From Armatimonadota bacterium (GTDB lineage: Bacteria; Armatimonadota; SYMT01), in the NCBI GenBank assembly GCA_041690135.1, contig JAWLHY010000001.1:64001-128000 (forward strand): a DNA stretch of 64,000 bases. The letters are read 5' to 3'. The notes under the pieces were generated by a model. That model did not search any database, was not told the origin of the DNA, and saw nothing but the letters and a program-made list of their open reading frames with translations. A program made the translations under genes and the position numbers. Positions 10,454-19,238 of the stretch are shown piece by piece; the first letter of the stretch is position 1; every line of letters starts with the position of its first letter.

Positions 10454-11623
10454 ATGAGAGAGCGTTCGCTCGAAATCGAGCTCCTCGCGCTGACGGATGC
10501 ATTGGGGGGCGGTGAAACGAAGCATGCCGCGGTGTGTGACTTCAGCTTGGCGGAGTGGCAAGGGTGGTACCACCGCGTGGAAGAGCATGGCCTGGCGCCT
10601 GGACTGTACCGCTTGTTGGAGAGACCTCGATGGAGCGGCCTCCCCGCCGAACAGCGGGCCGAATGCCGGGCGCGCTACCTGGAGCAAACGGCTCGTACCC
10701 TGGGAGCCCGTCGGCAGTGCACAGAAATTCGCGAGTGCCTGGAGAACGCTTCCATTCCCGTCCTCCCACTCAAGGCACTGGCATTTTCCGGCACGCTTTA
10801 CGATGATCCCGGCTTGCGGCAATTCGGAGACCTGGACCTCCTGATTCCGGAAGAGGCTGCCGGGGAGGCCGAGGCCCGGCTGCATGCGCTTGGGTATCGC
10901 CCGCTGGCGGCCTTTACTTCCCGGGAAGAGGCGGCGCTCCACGCCCGGTTCGCGCACCTCTGCCCGCTCGCTCGCCCGGGAGGTCTACCGGTGGAGTTGC
11001 ACACGCACCTGCTGAAGGACCGCGGCGACGACCGGATGGCGGTACGGGACACCTGGGATCACGCCGGCATCGACGCCGCGGGAACCCGCCGGATGCGACC
11101 GGAGCACGAATTCGTGTATGCCGCCGCCCATTACGCGGGCCATCTGCACCTGGGCGGCGCACGGTTGAAGTGGGCGGCGGACCTGCTCCGGATGGCCCGG
11201 TATGAAGAAGCCCTCGATTGGGAGCCGGTACGGGGGACGGCGGAACGCTGGAGACTCACGCCGTACCTGGCCCCGGTGATGCATGCCCTGCGAGATCACT
11301 GGAACCTGCCGGTGGGGAAGTGGCCCTCGGCCGGCGGGGTGCTGGGATCGGAACAGCTCACCGCCAGCCCCCAACATTCGGCCTCGCGACTAGCCCCCTC
11401 AGCCCTGGCTCGCTTGCGGCAAGTACGAGAACTGCCGGGATGGGGCCGTCGCGCGCGCTATTTCTGGCACCTCGCCTTCCCCGAGGCCGAACATTTGCGC
11501 TTCCGTTACTCGCTGCCCGCGGGAGCGCCCGTAACGGGAGTGCGCCTGCTCCACCCCCTGCGCCAGGCGAGCCGGTTCGTCCGCGGTTGGGTGGGCTCCC
11601 ACAAGGAAGGGTCCGCCAGGTGA
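10454..11623 (+). CDS. Nucleotidyltransferase family protein (NTP_transf_5-like)
   Basis: PLKALAF...LYDDPGLRQFGDLDLL, VELH, RLKWAADL motifs; AGGAG RBS. Confidence 0.88.
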   Translation: MRERSLEIELLALTDALGGGETKHAAVCDFSLAEWQGWYHRVEEHGLAPGLYRLLERPRWSGLPAEQRAECRARYLEQTARTLGARRQCTEIRECLENASIPVLPLKALAFSGTLYDDPGLRQFGDLDLLIPEEAAGEAEARLHALGYRPLAAFTSREEAALHARFAHLCPLARPGGLPVELHTHLLKDRGDDRMAVRDTWDHAGIDAAGTRRMRPEHEFVYAAAHYAGHLHLGGARLKWAADLLRMARYEEALDWEPVRGTAERWRLTPYLAPVMHALRDHWNLPVGKWPSAGGVLGSEQLTASPQHSASRLAPSALARLRQVRELPGWGRRARYFWHLAFPEAEHLRFRYSLPAGAPVTGVRLLHPLRQASRFVRGWVGSHKEGSAR

Positions 11624-11714
11624 TCTCGACAACCGAACTTCATCAGGCTACTATTCATGGTAGCCGGCAACCGGCCGTTCCGAACCGGAGCGAGCCCTCG
11701 ACCGGGAGTTTCTT

Positions 11715-13526
11715 ATGACGGCAACGCTCCGGAATCTCCGCCCCCACCTGCCCCTGCTGATCGCCGCGCCAATCCTGCTGGCGCCGGTGCTTTTCGTACC
11801 GCAAGAGGGGCCATGGCAGGGGCTGCGCTGGTTCCTGGCGCAGGCGGTAGGGCTCGTCTTCCTCGTGTACCTGGCCGCCCGCGCGAGAGGTTCCGTCCAG
11901 GAAGCACGTTCTTTCTTCCTCACCGGGCCCAACCTGCCGATCCTGCTGCTGCTGGCCTGGGCGGGTGCTTCCTTTCTCACCTCCGCGCCCGCCGCGGGAC
12001 GGGGACGCGAGATGGCCCTGGTGGAACTCCTGCGCCTGGGTACGGGGGCGATCCTTTACTTCGCGGTCGCCTACGGAAACTCCCGGCGCAGCGCTTTGAA
12101 CGCCTGGACCCATCTGCTGTTGGGCTGCGCGGTCCTGGCCGCCCTGGCGGGGCTCGTCACCAGCACCCAGCAAGAAATCGGATGGGCGACCGGGGCGTAC
12201 GCCAACCCCCAACTCCTGGCGGGATTCCTCGTGCTGCTGCTTCCCTTCGCCGGGGTGTACGCCCTTCAGGGCCGGATGGACCTGCGCCGCCTCCTGGCGA
12301 CCGTCGCTCTCGTGTTCGTGGTGGGAGCGCTGCTGGTCACCCGGAACCGGAGCGCCTGGCTGGGATCCCTGACGGGGCTCATCCTCCTTGGCGGCCTCTG
12401 GCTGCGGTCCGTCTCCCTGGCCGAGCTGGCCCGCCAGCGGCACCGGTGGATGATGCCCCTCATCATCGCAGCCGTGGGAGGCGGGTTGTTCCTGACGTTT
12501 AAGCCAGATACCGGCACCCTGGTCGAAGCCCGCGCCGCCACGCTGCTCGCGCCGGGACAGGAACCGTCGTTCCAGTGGCGCCTGCGCATGTGGGCGGCCG
12601 GCTGGGACATGGTGACCGCCCGGCCGCTGACCGGCTGGGGCGTGGGCTCGTTCCCGCGATTGGTGGGGGACTTCCTGCCGGAGGCACCCGCGACGGTGCA
12701 GGTGGAAGAGGCCGGCCCTTCGCTGGCCAGCGTTCCCCACAACGAGTATGTCCAACTGGCCGCCGAGTTGGGCGTACCGGGCCTATTGCTTTATCTCGCC
12801 CTGTTCCTCGCCTTCTTCCGGCTGGGACTCCGGTTCACCCGCACCGCCGAGAGTGAGACGCGAAAGTGGCTCGCCATCGCCTGCATGGGAGCTGTGGCCG
12901 CGCAGAGCATCGATGCGCTGGGCAACCCAGCCTGGCGGTTTGGGGACGTGGCCCCCTTGTTCTGGCTGGTGCTCGGCCTCGGCGTGGCGGCTACCCGAGC
13001 CCAGCAGGCGGGAGAAGCGAGCCCCATCGCCGAGCCGGGCGAGACGACGGGGCTCGCACCCCGCACCCCCATCTGGCGCTGGAGCTGGCAGGCGGCCTCC
13101 CTGGTCTGCGCCGTCGGCCTGGGCGCCTCCGCGTTCGGCGCCACCGTCGGCGGCCAACCGGGCATCCTCCGCGGGTACTACGACCCACGCGCGACGCCCG
13201 ACCTGGTTCTCAGCCGCACCACCCTCAGCTTCGGAACCGTCCGGGTAACGGGGCGGCGACGCCCGCCCGTCGCCGTGAAGACGCTCCGGATCACGTCCGG
13301 TGGCGAGCGCGGCGGCCTGATCCTCGGCCACCTGACCCTGGCTCCCGGATCTCCCTTCGAGCTGATCGGCGGCAACGACTTCCGCCTGGTGAAGCCCCGC
13401 TCCCAGAACTTCCGGTTCCGCTTCCGTCCCACCCAGCCGGGCACCTACTCGGTTCCCGTGGTCGTGACGTGCAACGATCCGGAAACGCCGGAGGTGGTGG
13501 TGACCCTGGTGGGGACAGCGTTGTGA
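11715..13526 (+). CDS. O-antigen ligase (Wzy_C) family membrane protein with a C-terminal Ig-like (ASH/choice-of-anchor D-like) domain
   Basis: Many TM helices, YANPQLLA, TRNRSAW, R-x-x-x-W...PLTGWGVGSF, PHNEYVQLAAELG; tail LSFGTV...FRPTQPGTY...NDP...VTLVGTA. Confidence 0.88.
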   Translation: MTATLRNLRPHLPLLIAAPILLAPVLFVPQEGPWQGLRWFLAQAVGLVFLVYLAARARGSVQEARSFFLTGPNLPILLLLAWAGASFLTSAPAAGRGREMALVELLRLGTGAILYFAVAYGNSRRSALNAWTHLLLGCAVLAALAGLVTSTQQEIGWATGAYANPQLLAGFLVLLLPFAGVYALQGRMDLRRLLATVALVFVVGALLVTRNRSAWLGSLTGLILLGGLWLRSVSLAELARQRHRWMMPLIIAAVGGGLFLTFKPDTGTLVEARAATLLAPGQEPSFQWRLRMWAAGWDMVTARPLTGWGVGSFPRLVGDFLPEAPATVQVEEAGPSLASVPHNEYVQLAAELGVPGLLLYLALFLAFFRLGLRFTRTAESETRKWLAIACMGAVAAQSIDALGNPAWRFGDVAPLFWLVLGLGVAATRAQQAGEASPIAEPGETTGLAPRTPIWRWSWQAASLVCAVGLGASAFGATVGGQPGILRGYYDPRATPDLVLSRTTLSFGTVRVTGRRRPPVAVKTLRITSGGERGGLILGHLTLAPGSPFELIGGNDFRLVKPRSQNFRFRFRPTQPGTYSVPVVVTCNDPETPEVVVTLVGTAL

Positions 13527-13540
13527 TGCGTGAAGCGTTA

Positions 13541-13605
13541 GGCTTACGTGCGAGGCGGCTGCGGGGGCAGGGGGTTCGCCTCGGACATGGGTGCGTAGTG
13601 CGTAA
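13541..13605. repeat. ~70-bp dispersed repeat (CGAGG...CCTCG hairpin flanked by TGCGTRA-type heptamers)
   Basis: GGCTTACGTGCGAGGCGGCT...GCCTCGG recurs at 15560-15776. Confidence 0.75.
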
Positions 13606-14082
13606 AGCGTGTTGCGTAAGAGACTTGCAGTAGCCGGGTTGCCGGCCACTGCACCGAACTCGAGCCCAGGTGTGGCGTTTGATGTGCGGGAGGTAGGGCA
13701 GGCTCGCCGTTGTGTCCCTCGCACCGAACCCGTACCCGTATTGCCGTGTGGGACCCGTGGTTAACGGCCTGTGCTCTGCCCTTGTACCCGCAGATGTAGG
13801 GCGGGATCTCCGTTCCCGCCGGGCCATGGACAATTACCCGTCGTGCCATGTGGGACTCGACATCTATGTTGGTCTACGAACCAAGACAGGCGAACCGCCC
13901 GGACCTTATTGGGCCACGCTCTTGTTTGTTTCCCGACATCGGGTGCCGAGCAGATATGATTGTAGGACGAACGGCGCCTGTCTCCGACGTCAATCTTGTT
14001 CTTCCGCGTGTTTCCGTGTGTTCCCATACGGGCAAGCTCGCGGGCCTATTCGGTTCCCCGATTCCGCCGTCCTGGGCTTCAA

Positions 14083-15531
14083 ATGATTACGCCCTCCCTT
14101 CCCGAACCCTTTCTCACGGCACCCGGAAATCCAGAGACGGCGGACCTGCCGGAAAAGAAGGTCTCCTTCTGGGAACTGGCGGGACCGGGCGCGATCCTGG
14201 TGGGCCTCTCCATCGGGGCCGGCGAGATCATGCTCTGGCCGTACCTGATCGACCGGTTCGGGCCGGGGATCGCCTGGGCCGCGGGGTTGGGGGTCTTCCT
14301 CCAGTTGTGGGTGAACCTGGAGATCGCGCGTTACACCGTCGCCACCGGGGAGACCGTGTACACCGCGCTGGGCCGGGTGACCCGCTGGTTCGGGCCGGTG
14401 TTCATCCTGTTCAACGTGTTCGGCTGGATCGCCCCGGCCTGGGCCATGGCCTCGGGACTGGCGCTGAAGACGCTGCTGGTGGGGCCGGACGGGTGGGGGA
14501 GCGGAGCCACCTGGACCGCTATCACCTTCGCCCTGGTGGCCCTGGCCTTGTTCGGCCCCAGGGTCGTCTACTCCGGCGTTGAGAAGAGTGTGAGCTTCCT
14601 GGTAGGGGTGGTATCCCTGGGCCTGCTGGCCGTAGCGCTGGCGGTAGGCCGAGGTGAGGACTGGTCCGCCGTGGGCCGGGGACTGGTGAGCTTCGGCCAC
14701 GTGCCCGCCGACCTCGACATCAAGACCCTCTTCATCGCCATCTCAGCGGCCGGGGCGGCGGGCACCGCCAACCTTTTCTACGGCTTCTACCTGCGCGACA
14801 AGCACATCGGCATGGGCGCGCGCCTCCCGGAGATGCGCAACCCGCTGCGCGACCGGGTGGAGAAAGAGCCTACCACCGGCTACCTCTACCCGGAAACGCC
14901 GGAGAACGCCCACCGTTTCCGGGCGTGGTTCCGCCACGTCGCCACGGACCAGGGCCTCTTCTTCTGGGGCCTCAACTCGTTCACGATCATCCTCTTCATC
15001 TTCGTGGCCACGGCGATCCTGCGGGACACGCCGGAGGTGATGAAGCAGGGGCAGGTGATCGGCGCGCAGGCGGCGGCTCTCGGTTCCGCCCTGCCTGGAA
15101 TGTTCGGGCCGTTCTTCCGCGTATTGTTTCTACTGGTGGGCTTCGCCACGCTGTTCAGCACCCAGATCGCGCTGGTGGACGGCGTGTCGCGGTCGATCTC
15201 CGAGATCCTGTACGTGCAGTTCCCGCAGGCACGCGGATGGGAGCACTCTCGCTGGTACCTGGCGATTGCGATCACCTGGATGTTCTGCAGCGCCGGACTG
15301 GCGGCATTCCTGGAGGCGCGGGGGATCACCGAGATGGGCTTCCTGTTCAATGCCGCCTACGTGGGCGGCATCTGCATGGCCGTGTACACACCAGTGCTGC
15401 TGTGGGTGAACCACCGTCGGCTGCCGCCCTCGGCCCGACCGGGTCGGCTGTGCACCGTAATGACCACCCTGGCCGCGCTGTTCTACGTGACCTTTGCCAT
15501 CGGCAGCATTTGGTGGGAGATTTCTGGATAG
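14083..15531 (+). CDS. Nramp-like (YcsG-type) divalent cation/solute transporter
   Basis: GPGAILVGLSIGAGE, EIARYTVATGE, ATLFSTQ; about 11 TM segments. Confidence 0.82.
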   Translation: MITPSLPEPFLTAPGNPETADLPEKKVSFWELAGPGAILVGLSIGAGEIMLWPYLIDRFGPGIAWAAGLGVFLQLWVNLEIARYTVATGETVYTALGRVTRWFGPVFILFNVFGWIAPAWAMASGLALKTLLVGPDGWGSGATWTAITFALVALALFGPRVVYSGVEKSVSFLVGVVSLGLLAVALAVGRGEDWSAVGRGLVSFGHVPADLDIKTLFIAISAAGAAGTANLFYGFYLRDKHIGMGARLPEMRNPLRDRVEKEPTTGYLYPETPENAHRFRAWFRHVATDQGLFFWGLNSFTIILFIFVATAILRDTPEVMKQGQVIGAQAAALGSALPGMFGPFFRVLFLLVGFATLFSTQIALVDGVSRSISEILYVQFPQARGWEHSRWYLAIAITWMFCSAGLAAFLEARGITEMGFLFNAAYVGGICMAVYTPVLLWVNHRRLPPSARPGRLCTVMTTLAALFYVTFAIGSIWWEISG

Positions 15532-15559
15532 AGCGTGTTGCGTATTGCGTATCGAGTAA

Positions 15560-15776
15560 GCCGACGTGCGAGGCGGCTACGGGGGCGGAGGGCCTGCCTC
15601 GGTCGGGTGCGTGAGACGTGAAACGTGAAACGTGAGGCTTACGTGCGAGGCGGCTACAGGGGCAGGGATTTGGCCTCGGGCGTGGGGAGTATTGCGTAAT
15701 GCGTAAGGCTTACGTGCGAGGTAGGGGCGAGGGCGGAGGGTCTGCCTCGGTCAGGTGGTGATGCGTGACGCGTGAG
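15560..15776. repeat. Three tandem degenerate ~72-bp repeats of the 13541 family
   Basis: Units start near 15560, 15636 and 15707, each ACGTGCGAGG...GCCTCGG followed by heptamers. Confidence 0.75.
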
Positions 15777-16192
15777 GTCCTCGATACGGCGGTCGCACCC
15801 GGAATGCATCCCGGTAACAGTCCAGGAGGGTTGGTGTCGCCGTCCCCAACCAGGATCATGCCGGCTAGCCCGGAATGCACCGTGGTAACCGCGCACTGGC
15901 GCGGGCGTGACGACCGCCTCGGCAGCCGTCACGCCAGGTGGGGCTCAGCTTGTATGAGGGAAATGCAAGGCGCGGCTCCTGGTGGACGGAATGGACCTTT
16001 GGCTCGCACCCATGTAGGGCAGGCTCTCCGATGCCTGCCTGGGCTTGTGTATGCACCCGTTTCGCCGGGTGGGACTCCGCGAGCGACCAGGGGATGTGAA
16101 CGCATACGCCGAAGGATCCGCAGGACGGCCTGCTGGCGATTGGGTGTGGATCAGAGTAAGGGCATAGCCCACGAAAAGCGATGGGAAGTTGG

Positions 16193-16675
16193 ATGATGGG
16201 TTGGAATAGGCGAGTGAGCCTGGGAAGTGTCGCGGTTCTCACGGCGTTCGGGACCGTGGGAGTGAGCGGGTGCCGTCCGGTAGCGCGGAGCGAGGCGGCG
16301 AGCCGGGCTCTGAAGATAGGACCGGGGCTGGAACGGCTGGACGGGAAGTTATTCGGATCGCAATTGTCCGAGGCGGAGAAGCAGGCCTACTGGTCGGAGC
16401 ACCAGGGCAAGCTGGTGAGCGCCACCGGGAACGTGGTGCGAGTAACCGAAGATCGCAGCATCCTTCTGCGTTGCCCGCTGAAGGCGCCCGTGGGCCGGAT
16501 GGTCCTGGTGCAAGCCTACGTGGGTGAGGATCTCCACACCGCCCTCCCCATGATGAAGTCGAATCAATACCTCACCCTGCAAGGCTTGCTCTCCGAGTGG
16601 AATCCGGATGCTGAGGCACCGAAGAGCGAAACCCCCGCGTTCGTCCTGCGAAAAGCACGGATCCGCATCCGCTGA
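16193..16675 (+). CDS. Putative lipoprotein with an OB-fold-like domain
   Basis: Lipobox-like VSGC after a hydrophobic stretch; GKLVSATGNV...LTLQG pattern. Confidence 0.6.
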   Translation: MMGWNRRVSLGSVAVLTAFGTVGVSGCRPVARSEAASRALKIGPGLERLDGKLFGSQLSEAEKQAYWSEHQGKLVSATGNVVRVTEDRSILLRCPLKAPVGRMVLVQAYVGEDLHTALPMMKSNQYLTLQGLLSEWNPDAEAPKSETPAFVLRKARIRIR

Positions 16676-17145
16676 CGTGGGAAACTCACCACAGAGGGCA
16701 CACGGAGAGGGAGATGGCCCGCGGAAAACGCGGAAGCGCGCGGAAAAAGGGAGATTGGTGGAAGATTAAACTGGAGAAGGCCACTGTGTGACGCGCAGGG
16801 CCGCCGGACGGGGTCAAGCTCCGTAAACCTGCCACCTGAAACCCTCAACCCCTGGCCCCCGAGGGGGGCTTCCAATTTACCAACCTTTAAACCAGGAAAC
16901 AGGAGGCCGGCGCAGGGGGACTGCGCCGGCCTCAGTCTGTCTGGGAATTGGCCGAGGGGCTCATCAGCACCGCAGGAAATCGCCCCATTCACCCGGGACT
17001 TTCTGGTTTCGGTTTTCTTTTCCGCGTGCTTCCGTGTGTTCCCATACGGGCAAGCTCGCGGGCACAAACGGTTCCCCGAGCTTCAACCTGTAACCTGTTA
17101 ACCTGCAACTCAGCAGTAATCCCCGGCCAAATAGTACCCGTCACG

Positions 17146-18285
17146 TTATCGCCGGTCGGTGGTGAACCGGTGGATGGTCGTTTGTTTGTACACCTGGCCA
17201 GGTCGCAGGATCACCGAAGGGAACTGCGGCTTATTGGGGGAGTCGGGGAAGTGCTGGGTCTCCAGGCAGAAGCCGGTGTTCTTCTTGTAGACCACGCCGT
17301 TCTTGCCCTTCAGGGAGCCGTCCAGGAAGTTGCCGGTATAGAACTGGATGCCCGGCTCGTCCGTGAGGATCTCCATGACCCGCCCGCTCTTGGGATCCCG
17401 GACCCGGGCCGCGAGCGCCAGGCTCTTACCCCCGCTGTCGAGGACGTAGTTGAGGTCGTAACCGCCGGGATCGCTGTAGGCCGGGCGCGGCTTCAACTGC
17501 CCGATCCGAGCGCCCATGGGGGTCGGTTTCGTGAAATCGAAGGGGGTGCCCTTCACCGAAGCGATCTTGCCCGTGGGGATCATGGTGGCGTCGCCGGGGG
17601 TGTACCGCTTCGCCGCCAGCATCAGCTCGTGGTCGAGGATGGTCCCCTTACCCGCCAGGTTGAAATAGCTGTGGTGCGTGAGGTTGACCGGGGTGGGGGC
17701 GTCGGTCTTGGCGGTGTAATCCAGCCGCAGCTCGTTGTTATTCGTGAGGGTGTAGGTGACCCGAGAGACCAACTCGCCGGGATAGCCTTCCTCCAGGTTG
17801 GGGCTGGTGTAGGCGAACTCAACGGCCGGGCCGAGGCTCGACTGCACCGTCCGGGCACGCCATACCACCTTATCGAACGCCTTCTCACCCCCATGCAGGT
17901 GGTGGTTGCCGTTGTTCCGCGCCAGCGGGTACTCCACCCCATCCAGCGTGAACTTCCCGTTGGCGATGCGGTTCGCCACCCGGCCCACGGTGGAGCCGAA
18001 GAAGGGGTGACCGGCGAGGTACTGCTTCAGGTTGGTGAACCCGAGGACCACGTCGCCCAGCTTCCCGTTGCGGTCCGGCACGTGCAACTCGGTAAGGGTA
18101 GCGCCGTAGGTCGTGATCTTGGCGACCGCCCCATTCTTGTTGGTGAGCGTGTAAAGATCGACCACCGCGCCGTCCGGCATCTTGCCCCAGGCCTTCTTCG
18201 TCACGCCGGGCTGCGCGGCCGGAGCCTGCACCGCCATGCCAAGACTCAGCAGGACCACGGTGGCGAGGACTGGTTTCTTGAGCAT
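17146..18285 (-). CDS. galM: Aldose 1-epimerase (galactose mutarotase), signal-peptide bearing
   Basis: [43 protein letters not shown]. Confidence 0.95.
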   Translation of the reverse strand: MLKKPVLATVVLLSLGMAVQAPAAQPGVTKKAWGKMPDGAVVDLYTLTNKNGAVAKITTYGATLTELHVPDRNGKLGDVVLGFTNLKQYLAGHPFFGSTVGRVANRIANGKFTLDGVEYPLARNNGNHHLHGGEKAFDKVVWRARTVQSSLGPAVEFAYTSPNLEEGYPGELVSRVTYTLTNNNELRLDYTAKTDAPTPVNLTHHSYFNLAGKGTILDHELMLAAKRYTPGDATMIPTGKIASVKGTPFDFTKPTPMGARIGQLKPRPAYSDPGGYDLNYVLDSGGKSLALAARVRDPKSGRVMEILTDEPGIQFYTGNFLDGSLKGKNGVVYKKNTGFCLETQHFPDSPNKPQFPSVILRPGQVYKQTTIHRFTTDRR

Positions 18286-18852
18286 CGTTGCTTTCCTGAT
18301 CGAAGGTGACATCACGGCCGGACGAGGACTTCCCCGGCACTTCTACCCTATAGGTTGGACACGATGAGGCCGCGTGCCTCCCAAGGCTTCGTAGACTATG
18401 ATGAGGATAAGGAAGGATGCGTGCGGAGACGGGGCGAGCGTTCGTTTCGTGATGCTGGGTTCGGTCGCGACACATACGGACACAGCGCGGCGCAGCCGCA
18501 ACCGAACCGGTTCTGGTCACGGTGGACAATGGGTGCATCGCGCTCCAGGCCGTTCACGGCACATCCGGTCCGCGTCGCCCGTACCGCTCAAACAGCAACA
18601 CTCGAAATCCGTGCCCCGTGTACCGGAGGTGCCAGCCCCCGGACCTGACGGCCGCACAGAAAAGCCCTGGAGGGGCGGTAGAGCCATGCGCTGTGAGGGA
18701 ATCTGAACCGCCCAAGGGGCGGATGGCGGAAGGCAGGAGCAAACCAGGGATAGCCAGATCTGGCGAAGGGAAGGGGTGTGTTTCGCAGAAACCGTCACGT
18801 AAGGAGCCGCACACTTCGCGGCAAGCATTTCCCCATAGGAGGCCCGGTCGCC

Positions 18853-19179
18853 ATGCCCGTTCAGATCGTCCGCATCAATGAAGATCAGCTCGGAGAGCAA
18901 GAGCGAAATGCCCTCGATATCCTGGTGAACCTGGATGTCGCCACCCTCAACCAGCTCAAAGAGTTGATGGAGCTGAGCCACCCAGGAGAAGTCGGACCCC
19001 AGACCCTCGCCAGCTTCATCGCGTTGTGCGGGGAAGAGCGGATCGACCTCTCCGACGCGGGGGTGAACGCCTTCAAGGAGGCGCACGGCCTGGGCAATCG
19101 CGGCCCCCTCCAGGGGGTGGCGGCCAGACACTGCCGGGGCTGGTCCGGCGGCGGAAGGCGGAGCGGGCGCTGTTCTTGA
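18853..19179 (+). CDS. Small hypothetical protein, possibly with a truncated peptidoglycan-binding-like tail
   Basis: AGGAGG RBS before ATG 18853; protein-like composition; AFKEAHGL..G motif; C-terminus looks out of frame. Confidence 0.5.
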   Translation: MPVQIVRINEDQLGEQERNALDILVNLDVATLNQLKELMELSHPGEVGPQTLASFIALCGEERIDLSDAGVNAFKEAHGLGNRGPLQGVAARHCRGWSGGGRRSGRCS

Positions 19180-19238
19180 CCTGACACCGCGGAGCCGCTG
19201 CAGCTCCAAGTTGAAGGTGCAGCGGCTCCGGGCCGCAT

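Noticed and set aside
15560-15776. CRISPR mini-array
   Set aside because: Whole units are mutually similar and degenerate, with no unique spacers
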